60,032 nt of DNA from a virus. Lineage: Duplodnaviria; Caudoviricetes. The notes beneath the pieces were generated by a model. That model saw only the letters and a program-made list of their open reading frames with translations. It did not search any database and was not told where the DNA came from. Of the stretch, positions 18,007-26,299 are shown piece after piece; the first letter of the stretch is position 1; each line of letters begins with the position of its first letter. The position numbers and the translations under genes are program-made. The stretch spans positions 1-60,032 of IMG/VR virus record IMGVR_UViG_3300048080_000210. One strand, written 5' to 3'.

Positions 18007-18986
18007 GGTTCCTCGTTTCCCACGCTGCGCACGGCCTCCTCGAGCGCGGTCGCGCGGCGCTTCGGGTCCTGTGAGATCCCGAGCTTCGCCGCCTGGTTGC
18101 GCCAGAAGCGGATCACGAGCGCCCGCACCTTGGCGCGCGCGTTCTCCCGCGTGCGCTGGCCCGTGCCCAGCGAGGCGAGCGCCTCGGCTTCGATGAGCGG
18201 GAGCTCCCGGGTGAGAAACGCGACCTTTTCCTCGAGCGTGCCCGGTTCCTGGCCGAGCACGTTGGCCCAGCGCCGCGCGCGTTCCGGCTGCGGGAGGTCG
18301 TGGCCCGGCAGGTACGAAGGCAGCGCGGAAACGCTCGAGGCGGCCGCGGCGCTTCGCGCTCCGGGAGCGCGATCCCGCTTGCTCGGCACTTCTGTTTCCA
18401 GCGGCACGTAGCGGCGATCTGCCGGCCCGTCCGACGCGAAAGCGTCACGCACGGTTCGGAGCTCCGGGTATGAGCTCTCCTCAGACGACGTACTTGACTC
18501 CTGAACAACGACGGAGTCGGAGTCGGAGTCGGAGTCGGAGGGGGCCCGGTCGGGGCCGCCTCGGGGCCCGGTCGGGGCCGCCTCGGGGCCCGGTCGGGGC
18601 CGCCTCGGGGCCCTGGCGGGGCCCGGTCGGGGCCCGGTCGGGGCCCGCGTTTGGAAGGTCCACGCTTGGTATTCCGCGAGCTTACGCCACGTGATCTCCG
18701 TGAAGCCCCCGCGGCGCTCGACCAGTTTGAGCTCGAGACGAGGCGCCAGCTCGGCCAGCGCCGATCGCGCTTCCTCCAGGGTTTCGGTGCGCATCACCGT
18801 CAGGAGGTCGCCCCTCGAGAGGCGCGCGCACGTCGCCGCGGCCGCCGTGTCCGGGCGCTCGCGCGCCCATCGGCGGTTGAAGTAGGCGATCAGGAGCACC
18901 AGCCGGCCGATCTCGGGCGCGCCAAGCTCGTCGCCGAGTAGGCTTTCGGCGACACGGATCCAGCTTCGGCGGTTCTTCAGGCTCAA
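18003..18986 (-). CDS. Putative phage replication initiator (replisome organiser)
   Basis: N-terminal SWIRV helical domain, internal iteron array and DSDSDS linker, followed by a loader-like gene. Confidence 0.7.
   Translation of the reverse strand: MSLKNRRSWIRVAESLLGDELGAPEIGRLVLLIAYFNRRWARERPDTAAAATCARLSRGDLLTVMRTETLEEARSALAELAPRLELKLVERRGGFTEITWRKLAEYQAWTFQTRAPTGPRPGPARAPRRPRPGPEAAPTGPRGGPDRAPSDSDSDSDSVVVQESSTSSEESSYPELRTVRDAFASDGPADRRYVPLETEVPSKRDRAPGARSAAAASSVSALPSYLPGHDLPQPERARRWANVLGQEPGTLEEKVAFLTRELPLIEAEALASLGTGQRTRENARAKVRALVIRFWRNQAAKLGISQDPKRRATALEEAVRSVGNEEP
18512..18650. repeat. (CGGAGT)x4.8 followed by ten 11-bp GGGGCC-N5 units; probable replication origin iterons
   Basis: GGGGCCCGGTC/GGGGCCGCCTC units in exact 11-bp register, 18541-18650. 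Confidence 0.85.
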
Positions 18987-19003
18987 GGGTCCCCGCGGTG
19001 GCG

Positions 19004-19071
19004 ATTCTACGCCCGCCCGGCTCGGCGAGGCAATCGAAGACTTGCAACCGTCGGGCGTCGCGTGGTACAAG
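19004..19071. promoter_or_regulatory. Divergent sigma70-like promoters
   Basis: Minus strand TTGCCT-N18-TAGAAT (19033-19004); plus strand TTGCAA-N18-(TGG)TACAAG (19042-19071). Confidence 0.5.
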
Positions 19072-19101
19072 CGGGCCGACGAAACGAGGACCCCTCGCGC
19101 A

Positions 19102-19230
19102 TCGCGCTCCCGGAGCGCGAAAAGGCAGCGCGATCAACGCAGCGCGTCATGGTTCGCATGAGCGGCCGCCCGTCACCTGAGCGGCGGCGGCGGACACGTA
19201 CCCCCACGAGATCGCGCTCCTGGAGCGCGA
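19102..19230. promoter_or_regulatory. Two copies of the palindrome TCGCGCTCCNGGAGCGCGA (operator-like)
   Basis: 19102-19120 and 19212-19230; the second abuts the GAGGAGG SD of ATG 19241. Confidence 0.65.
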
Positions 19231-19240
19231 GGAGGCACCG

Positions 19241-20326
19241 ATGAGCGAAGACACGGCCCTGGTGGTGCGCCCGCCTTCGGTGGCGCTCCAGCGCGACGCG
19301 ATCGAGAGTTTCGGGTTCGCCGGCGGGATCGCGCGCGCGAAGTCCATCGCCCACGAGCTCCAGGGCATCATCAAGGAGGCGGACCTCTCCGTGCCCATGG
19401 GCGGCGATCGGGAGCACCTCCGGGTCGAAGCCTGGTGCGCCTGCGGGGCGCTCGTGGGCGTGACGCCCAGGACCGCGTGGTGCCGCGTGGCGGAGGATGT
19501 GCCCGGCACGCCCGGGTACACGGCGCGGGTCGAGGTGGTGCGGCTCTCCGATGGCGCGGTGATCGGGGCAGCGGAGGCGGATTGCTACGCCGACGAGGTG
19601 ACCCGAAAGCGCAGCGGCGGCTACTACTTCCGGTGGATCGTGAACAGCGCGGACTACGAAGAGGTGCCCATGGCCCTCCCCTCCAGCTACGCGCTCAACC
19701 GGCACGCGCTCAAGAGCATGGCCCAGACGCGGGCCACCTCGAAGGCGCTGGCCCAGGTCCTCCGCTGGATCGCTGTGCTCGGCGGTTTCTCGGGGACCCC
19801 GGCCGAGGAAATGACCGGCCTCGAGACGGATGAGAAGCGCCACCCGGAGTCCTTCGAGCGCGGCGCGGCGAAGGCGCGCGCAGCGCAGGAACAGCGAGAG
19901 CAGGCGAAGGGCCCCACCGCGGGCGACGTGCCCGTCGGCGCCTGGTACAAGCGCCCGCCGAAGCCCGGACCCGCAGGGCCCAACCATCGGATCACCGAAG
20001 GGAAGGCCAAGCTCGCCTGGGCGCTGGCGTACAAGCGAAGCGAGGAGATCGACGTGCCCGCGAAGGTCATCATCGCCGGGCTCTGCGCGGCGCTCGGTAT
20101 CGAGCAGCTCGAGGCGATGCACTACCAGAACTTCGGCGACGAGCGGAAGCCGCAGACGCACCCGAATTGGATGAAGGCGTACATCGAAGGCTACCCGCGC
20201 CCGCAGGACACCGCCGCCGCCGAGGCGCCCGGACCTTCGAGCGCGCCCGCCGATGCGGACTTCGAGCACGGAGGCGCGCCGCCGCACGAGGATAGTGACG
20301 CGCCGGACTTCGATGGCCCCTTCTGA
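19241..20326 (+). CDS. Putative ssDNA-annealing/recombination protein
   Basis: SMAQTRATSKAL...TPAEEM motif, acidic tail ending DFDGPF, next to Gp157. Confidence 0.55.
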   Translation: MSEDTALVVRPPSVALQRDAIESFGFAGGIARAKSIAHELQGIIKEADLSVPMGGDREHLRVEAWCACGALVGVTPRTAWCRVAEDVPGTPGYTARVEVVRLSDGAVIGAAEADCYADEVTRKRSGGYYFRWIVNSADYEEVPMALPSSYALNRHALKSMAQTRATSKALAQVLRWIAVLGGFSGTPAEEMTGLETDEKRHPESFERGAAKARAAQEQREQAKGPTAGDVPVGAWYKRPPKPGPAGPNHRITEGKAKLAWALAYKRSEEIDVPAKVIIAGLCAALGIEQLEAMHYQNFGDERKPQTHPNWMKAYIEGYPRPQDTAAAEAPGPSSAPADADFEHGGAPPHEDSDAPDFDGPF

Positions 20327-20606
20327 TCGGTCCATCTGGTTTGCGATCTTCCCGACGGTGCGCCACGCAGAACGTCGGCTCGCCGCCGAACGCGACGCCG
20401 CCCGCGACGCCGCGCGCGGCGCCATGCGAGAGAGCCTCCGCGAGATCGCACTTCAGGAACGCGAGCCGATCGCGCTCGAGGAGTGCGAGCCGCCCGGGAT
20501 CTGGCGCGCCGGGTTTCTGCTGGGCGTGCTCGTGGGCTTCGGCTCGGCGCTCGTCTGGTACTTCGCGTTGCGGCTGCTCGCCGCAGGCTTGGGAGGGAAA
20601 CCGTGA
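20313..20606 (+). CDS. Small membrane protein
   Basis: C-terminal hydrophobic helix. Confidence 0.5.
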   Translation: MAPSDRSIWFAIFPTVRHAERRLAAERDAARDAARGAMRESLREIALQEREPIALEECEPPGIWRAGFLLGVLVGFGSALVWYFALRLLAAGLGGKP

Positions 20607-20815
20607 AACTCGAAGTGGAAAGCGTCGCCGAGCTCGCGGCGCTGAAGGAAGTGCTCGCGGGTCAGTCCCAGGCGACCCCGGCGACCCTCGAGGACCTCGG
20701 CGGGGACCGCTCGCTCCAGTGTCTCCACGCGAACGCCGGTGCGCTGTGCACCCTACCGAAGGGGCACACGGGGCACCACTGCGCGGTGGGTTACGGCGGT
20801 GGGGTGACGTGGTGA
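20603..20815 (+). CDS. Small protein with CxxxxGHxGxH motif
   Basis: GGAGG SD; CTLPKGHTGHH. Confidence 0.55.
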   Translation: MKLEVESVAELAALKEVLAGQSQATPATLEDLGGDRSLQCLHANAGALCTLPKGHTGHHCAVGYGGGVTW

Positions 20816-21312
20816 GCCCGTCGCTGTTCTCCATCGCGGATGAGATCGAGGAGATCCTCGCGCGCGAGGTCGATCCCGAAACGGGCGAGCTCACCGAAGC
20901 GGCGATCGAACGGCTCGAGGGCCTCGAGCTCGCGCGGGACCGCAAGGCGCTCGAAGTCGCGGCCTACCTCAAAGGGGAGCGCGCGGAAGCGGAGAAGATC
21001 GAGCAAGTGGCACGTGAGCTGCTCGAGCGGGCCCAGATCCACCAGCGTCGCGCCGATCGCCTCGAGCGGTACGTGGCCACCTGCGTGCCGCCTGGCGAGA
21101 AGCTGGCGGACGCCCGCGCCGAGATCCGATGGAACCGCAGCCAGATGGTGAACGTGGTGGACGAAAGCCAGGTCCCGGCTGCGTTCTGGGTCCAGCCCGC
21201 ACCGCCGCCCGCACGAATCGACAAGCGCAAGGTGGCCGAGGAGCTCAAGAAGCCTGGCGGCGTGGTCCCCGGTGCCGAGCTCATGCCCACCTACTCGCTC
21301 AAGATCCGGTGA
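20812..21312 (+). CDS. Siphovirus Gp157-family protein
   Basis: SLFSIADEI...KALEVAAYLK...IDKRKVAEELK..G.VPGAEL. Confidence 0.85.
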   Translation: MSPSLFSIADEIEEILAREVDPETGELTEAAIERLEGLELARDRKALEVAAYLKGERAEAEKIEQVARELLERAQIHQRRADRLERYVATCVPPGEKLADARAEIRWNRSQMVNVVDESQVPAAFWVQPAPPPARIDKRKVAEELKKPGGVVPGAELMPTYSLKIR

Positions 21313-21608
21313 GCCCGCCGGATCTCGTCGCGGAAAGTGAGGCGGCGGGGCGCCTCGAGCACTTGATGCAGCGCACGGACCACCTGCTGCGCTGCACCAT
21401 CCCGCTCGCGGATGCCGCGCACCTGATCGAGCTCCGCGCCGTCCGGGTCAAGGCGGCCGGCCACGTCCGCTACTTCTGGGAGCAGCTCGAGCTCGAGCCG
21501 GATTCGTGGCGTCGCGCGGAGCGGCTCCGTGCCGCAGCGGGGCACCTCGAGCGCCTGGTCTATCGGGAGCACGCGCTCAGGCTCGAGCGCCCGGAGCTCT
21601 TCGCTTAG
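21309..21608 (+). CDS. Hypothetical protein
   Basis: GTGA overlap. Confidence 0.5.
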   Translation: MSPPDLVAESEAAGRLEHLMQRTDHLLRCTIPLADAAHLIELRAVRVKAAGHVRYFWEQLELEPDSWRRAERLRAAAGHLERLVYREHALRLERPELFA

Positions 21609-21856
21609 CGCGGCGCGCGCTCGTCGGCCAGGCGGCGAAGGTATCCGTTGTTCTCGGAGAGCTGGGCGCGCACGGCGTCGAGGCTCGCGCGTAGGGATTC
21701 GATGCTCTCGAGGGTGTCCACCGTCACGTGCTCGAGGGCCTGTGTCCGCGCGCCGTTCGCGCGCACTTCGCCGTAAAGCGCGACGCCGCCCAGGATGAAA
21801 GCGGTGGAGAGCCCGGCGAGCACCTTGGTGAGCGCGCCGTTGGTCAAGGCTTTCAC
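21605..21856 (-). CDS. Small membrane protein with coiled coil (lysis cassette)
   Basis: N-terminal TM helix, AAGGAGG SD. Confidence 0.6.
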   Translation of the reverse strand: MKALTNGALTKVLAGLSTAFILGGVALYGEVRANGARTQALEHVTVDTLESIESLRASLDAVRAQLSENNGYLRRLADERAPR

Positions 21857-22257
21857 GGCTTCGCCTCCTTGGGCGGCCGCGCGAGCGCCTGGGCTTGCGG
21901 CGGCAGCTTCTCCCACCAGTCGTACCGCTCGAGGCGCGTGCGCCTCGGGGCCTTCCGCGCCGGCGCCTCGGCCTCCTCCGCGATCTCCTCGAGCTCGGGG
22001 GGCGGGGCAGCGGCACCCATCGCGGCCCAGCACCGCTCCTCGCGCTCCTGGAGCGCGACTTCGCGCGCGGCGGCCCGCGCGAGCTCCGTGGACACCACCT
22101 CGAGCATCGCCACGGAGGCGCTCCGTTCGCTGGCGACCGTGGCGCGTTCGGACGATTGCCCGCGGCCGTAGTAGACCCCGCTCCCACCGGCAAGCGCGCC
22201 GAGCGCCCCCACGGCCGCCGCCACGGCCGGCACGAGGCGGGACCAGTCTACGGCCAC
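21853..22257 (-). CDS. Membrane-anchored protein, possible i-spanin
   Basis: N-terminal TM helix then a helical/coiled region; downstream of the endolysin. Confidence 0.45.
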   Translation of the reverse strand: MAVDWSRLVPAVAAAVGALGALAGGSGVYYGRGQSSERATVASERSASVAMLEVVSTELARAAAREVALQEREERCWAAMGAAAPPPELEEIAEEAEAPARKAPRRTRLERYDWWEKLPPQAQALARPPKEAKP

Positions 22258-22268
22258 GGGGACCCCCT

Positions 22269-22691
22269 CTACAGCGCCAGGGCGGCCATGAGGGCAGCGG
22301 AGAGCGCCCCCTTGGCGGCCTTGATCGCCATCGCCTTCAGGTCGTCCACCAGGAGCCCCCGGGCCACGATCGTGCGCTCCAGGAGCTCCTCCACGCGGTC
22401 GGCGCCCGCCTCGGCGAAGGCGGCGAGCTCCTCCGCGTCGAAGTGCTCGAGGTCGAGGCGCTCGAAGCCGGGATCGTCGCCCACGAGGCCGCGCGCCAGG
22501 TCCACCACGAAGCCCGAGCCGGCCCGGACCAGCGTGCCCTTGTGGCGGTCGAGGATCGCCCGGAGCTCCTCGAGTGCGTCGTCGAGCTCGACGCCCCCCG
22601 GGAGGCCGCCGGTGGCGTGGTAGGCGGTCAGGATCTTGGCAGCGAGGCCCTCCAGGCGCCCCAGCCCCTCTCCGCTCAGGAGCTCCGGCAC
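22269..22691 (-). CDS. Hypothetical protein
   Basis: ORF track, GGAGG SD. Confidence 0.55.
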   Translation of the reverse strand: MPELLSGEGLGRLEGLAAKILTAYHATGGLPGGVELDDALEELRAILDRHKGTLVRAGSGFVVDLARGLVGDDPGFERLDLEHFDAEELAAFAEAGADRVEELLERTIVARGLLVDDLKAMAIKAAKGALSAALMAALAL

Positions 22692-22692
22692 G

Positions 22693-23181
22693 TCACCACC
22701 CTCCCGCCACGAGCTTCCGCCCGTAGCCCCACATCCGGCCCCAGGCGACCATCGCGCGCGCCTCCGAGCCGGCGTCGAGCTCGCCCCGGTGGCTCAGGTT
22801 GACGAGGGCGTCGCAGACGCGGCCCTGCCAGAGGTGCTCGGCCTGGAGCTTCTGGAGCTCGCGGCCCGTACCCAGCGGCACCTTGAGCGCCCGGGCGCGC
22901 CCGCCGGTGTCCGCCAGCGCGGCGGCCGCCGCCCGGTGGGCTTCGCAGCTCGAGGGGTGAAGCGCGAGCGCGCCCGCCTGCGTCGCCGCGATGAGCTCGT
23001 AGGTGGAGCGGTCGTAGTGGACGCAAGCCAGGAGAAGCAGGAGCACGAGGGGCCAGGCCCGCGCACTCCGTCCTCGCGCTCCTGGAGCGCGATCTCGCGC
23101 CAGACGTAGAGCCCGGTACCGCTTGAGCCATCGCCCGATCCAGGAGCAACGCTTCTGGTGCGCCATGTCGCGCGCCCTCAC
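22693..23181 (-). CDS. Putative lipoprotein (lysis cassette)
   Basis: LVLLLLLAC lipobox-like segment; start uncertain. Confidence 0.5.
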   Translation of the reverse strand: MRARDMAHQKRCSWIGRWLKRYRALRLARDRAPGARGRSARAWPLVLLLLLACVHYDRSTYELIAATQAGALALHPSSCEAHRAAAAALADTGGRARALKVPLGTGRELQKLQAEHLWQGRVCDALVNLSHRGELDAGSEARAMVAWGRMWGYGRKLVAGGW

Positions 23182-23357
23182 TTGGCGTCCGGCCAGAGCA
23201 CGGCCACGGCGCCGCCGATCGCCAGCCCGAGCGCGACCAGCGCCTCCGCCTGTTCGGGGTCCATGCGCACGCCGAAGGCGGTCAGGATCGCCACGGCGCC
23301 GAGCCAGGTTGAACGCTCGCGCGCGCGCGCCGCGAGGAAGCCGATGAGCTTGCCCAT
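23178..23357 (-). CDS. Putative holin
   Basis: 59 aa, two TM helices, ERSTWLG motif, adjacent to the endolysin. Confidence 0.7.
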   Translation of the reverse strand: MGKLIGFLAARARERSTWLGAVAILTAFGVRMDPEQAEALVALGLAIGGAVAVLWPDAK

Positions 23358-23421
23358 GTTTTCCACCCCTCGCGCTACCAATAGCGCGACCCCTCGAGCC
23401 TACCTCAGGACCCGCAGGGCG

Positions 23422-23844
23422 CTACCCCACGAGCTCGAAATGCACCAGGTCGTTGAACGTCTGATCCGCGAGGTCCCGGTCACCATCCCAATCGCCGCCC
23501 CACCGCAACGCCACGCCGAGCTCTGCCGCGATGCCGAGCACGTAGCCGGCGAACAGATAGAAACGGCGCACCGCCGCTTGGCGCCGTTTCGCATCCCCTT
23601 CCTCGCCCCAATCGACGGGCCAAGGCGCCGCGTCCACGGCACGCGACGGCAGCGTGTTGTGGTTGCCGTCCGGCCATCGCTTCTTCGATCGACCTTCCGC
23701 GAAGGCTTGGTCTTGCTCGGCCTGGCCCCGGTGTCCAGTCAGCACGGTACAGTCGAAGCCGACCACCACGCGCTCGAGGACTCGCTGGAGCCGACCGTCG
23801 CACGTGTCGAGGCGTTCGCGAGACTTGGCGCCGAAGCTGGGCAT
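23422..23844 (-). CDS. Endolysin, M15-family (L-Ala-D-Glu) peptidase
   Basis: GHRGQAEQ...HN...AVD...WGGDW...DLVHFEL. Confidence 0.9.
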   Translation of the reverse strand: MPSFGAKSRERLDTCDGRLQRVLERVVVGFDCTVLTGHRGQAEQDQAFAEGRSKKRWPDGNHNTLPSRAVDAAPWPVDWGEEGDAKRRQAAVRRFYLFAGYVLGIAAELGVALRWGGDWDGDRDLADQTFNDLVHFELVG

Positions 23845-23854
23845 CGCATCCCTC

Positions 23855-25576
23855 CTACCACAGTTTCACGGCGGTGAGGGACGCGCGCAGCACGTCCACC
23901 GCCGCCGCAACGCTGTCCTCCTGGGCAACCGACAACCGCACGATGTCAGTCGCCGCGAGAACGGCCACGCAGGACACCTGCATGTGGCACTCGTCGGTGA
24001 GCGAGACGCTGTTCCGAATGACCGACGCCCCTTCGATGACGGTGGTCGCACCGTTCAACGTGAGCGCGGCACGGCGCTCGCCAGCGTTCGCAGCGACGGC
24101 CCAGCGAACGTCACCCTGGAGGTAGTAGAGGCCCGCGCCGCCCGTCTGCACCGTCACACGGTCGGGGTTCGTCACCGGGTCGTGGAGTCCCCCCACGTCG
24201 AACACGTCCGCGGCGGTGAGATTCACGGCGACGAGGTTCCCGTCGGTGTCCACGTCCGCCGAGGTGATCGATTGGGTAGCGGTCCGCAGCGCCTTGACGC
24301 GGTGGAACGTGCTCGAGATTTGCTGCTGCTGCGGGTTGTATTGCACGGCTTCGACGCCGCCCGTCACCACGTTGATCGTGTCGGCCGCCGACTGGCGGAA
24401 GCCCGTGTTGGCGTCGCCGGCGATGCCGATGGCCGGCGAGGCGAGCGTGTTGAGCCCGAACCGTGCGCGCTCCACACCGCTGGTCGTGACGGCCACGAAG
24501 TCCGTGCCGAAGAAGAAGCCGTCGATGTCGGTCCCTCCGAACTTCAGGGCAGGAACGGCGGCGGAGCCGGCGGTAACGATCGTGAAGCCCGCGGGCCCGA
24601 AGCCGAAGGTCGCAGTGCCGTCGATCGTGATGGAGAACACGCCGCCGCCGCTGCTAAACATCCCTGTGTCTGGGTCGGCGAGGAAGGCGTAGGCGGGAAG
24701 CGCATCGGTGCCGGCCTGCATGAGAAGCTGCCCGCTCGCGTTGAGTCGGGCCCGTTCGACGCCAGCCGTTGCGAAACCAATCGCGTTCAACGCTTGCCGG
24801 AAGAGCCCGGTGCCCGTGTCGAAGGTCACGCCGTCGCCCGCCGTCTGGATCAGCCCGGGGGCGGCGGCCGTGCCTCGGATGAGCGCCACGGGGCCGAGCG
24901 CCGGGCCGCCGGCGACCACGTTCGCCGTGTGGCCCCGCAGCGCCCGTTCCACGTTCTCGAAGCGGTTGGCCACCTTCGTGTGGGTCTGCACACCGACGCC
25001 CACGGTCGCATGACCCACCACCGTCTGTTGGTCCGCGTAGTCGTCGCCGTCGAAGAAGACGGGGATCACGTCGGTGACGGTGGGCCACTGCGAGATCGCC
25101 GTGTAGATCGTGCCGTTCCAGGTCGCCCGCGCGATGTCCGCCGCGCCCTGCCCTGCGCTCGTCTTGATGCTCGGCACGCCGTTGATGTCGAGCGCGACGT
25201 AGTGGGTCGAGGCACCCCCGCCAGGGCCCACGAGTCCGATCGCGGAGGCGACGAGCTCGACGCGCTTGTCGTCCACGAGGGCCACGCCCGTGCTCACGTT
25301 CAAGAGCGCGGGGCTGGCGTTGATGGTCACGATGTAGGAGTGCGCACCGATCCGGCCCTCGAGCTCGTCGGGCGTGGTCGCCGGGTCGTCGGACTGGAGG
25401 ATGTCGAGCCCGAGGAGCACGTTCGGGCCTTGGATGCCCACGAGCTGACTCTCGAGCTGGTTCACCAGATTTTCGATGGCGGTGAAGTCGAAGTCGAGGT
25501 CGGGGGCGTAGGTGACGTAGTTGGCGGCACCGGCCCCCTGCCCGGTTGTGAAGCTCTTCTTGAGGTTGAGAGGCAC
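23855..25576 (-). CDS. Tail fibre / receptor-binding protein
   Basis: Repeated P-x-F-x-D-x-DTG and T.GVERAR fibre motifs; C-terminal C1q-like beta domain (AGLYYL). Confidence 0.75.
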   Translation of the reverse strand: MPLNLKKSFTTGQGAGAANYVTYAPDLDFDFTAIENLVNQLESQLVGIQGPNVLLGLDILQSDDPATTPDELEGRIGAHSYIVTINASPALLNVSTGVALVDDKRVELVASAIGLVGPGGGASTHYVALDINGVPSIKTSAGQGAADIARATWNGTIYTAISQWPTVTDVIPVFFDGDDYADQQTVVGHATVGVGVQTHTKVANRFENVERALRGHTANVVAGGPALGPVALIRGTAAAPGLIQTAGDGVTFDTGTGLFRQALNAIGFATAGVERARLNASGQLLMQAGTDALPAYAFLADPDTGMFSSGGGVFSITIDGTATFGFGPAGFTIVTAGSAAVPALKFGGTDIDGFFFGTDFVAVTTSGVERARFGLNTLASPAIGIAGDANTGFRQSAADTINVVTGGVEAVQYNPQQQQISSTFHRVKALRTATQSITSADVDTDGNLVAVNLTAADVFDVGGLHDPVTNPDRVTVQTGGAGLYYLQGDVRWAVAANAGERRAALTLNGATTVIEGASVIRNSVSLTDECHMQVSCVAVLAATDIVRLSVAQEDSVAAAVDVLRASLTAVKLW

Positions 25577-25579
25577 GGC

Positions 25580-26299
25580 CTAGACCTCCAAGCCGGTCGC
25601 CTGGTTGACGATCGACACTTTCGGGAAGGGCGTCACGCCGTCGTTCCACCGCACGAATCCCGCACGCGCCAGCATCACGTTCGAGATCGGGCCTTCGTCT
25701 TGTAGCACGTCGCCCGTGAAGCCGAGCACCGCCGCGCTCAAGGTCGCGATGGTGAGGCTCGAGAGCAGGAAGTTGTTGAGCGCGGTGTTGCCGATGCGGA
25801 TGAGGTGCCCGACGAGGAAGCCGTCGGTAGACCACGAGCCGGCGCTGCGCGTGATGGTGTCATTCCCTGCCGGCACTTGGTCGAAGGTAAGCAGAGGGTT
25901 GCCCTTCAGCCTCACGTCGCCCATGTAGAACTCGAAAGGGCGCGGGATCACCGAAAAGCCGGCGCTCGTGGTGCTCTGGAGGTTGCCCGTGGTCAGGTCG
26001 TAGCCCTTGACCACCGCGACGCCCGCCTTCCGGTCGGCGGCGCCCACCACGTCGAACCGGCCCTGGGCGTTCCGCTTCAGGAGCACCGGCTGGTTGATGT
26101 CAGCGTAGAATCGGCCACCCTGCCCAACCGCCTTCACCGGCACGTTCTTGAAGATCCGGCGGCCGCCCACGTCCACGTCCACCACCCACACGGGCCCCAC
26201 GCCGTCGAATTGCACGATCTTGGGGCGCGTCACCACCGTGCCGAGGAGAAACTCGACGTGGGCGCGGCGCTCCTGGCGGAACAGATCGCGGAAACTCAC
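25580..26299 (-). CDS. Tail tip protein
   Basis: Position; beta-rich. Confidence 0.55.
   Translation of the reverse strand: MSFRDLFRQERRAHVEFLLGTVVTRPKIVQFDGVGPVWVVDVDVGGRRIFKNVPVKAVGQGGRFYADINQPVLLKRNAQGRFDVVGAADRKAGVAVVKGYDLTTGNLQSTTSAGFSVIPRPFEFYMGDVRLKGNPLLTFDQVPAGNDTITRSAGSWSTDGFLVGHLIRIGNTALNNFLLSSLTIATLSAAVLGFTGDVLQDEGPISNVMLARAGFVRWNDGVTPFPKVSIVNQATGLEV

Noticed and set aside
23855-25576. Diversity-generating retroelement acting on the tail fibre
   Set aside because: No reverse transcriptase and no template/variable repeat pair; differences between the 298-bp copies are not adenine-specific
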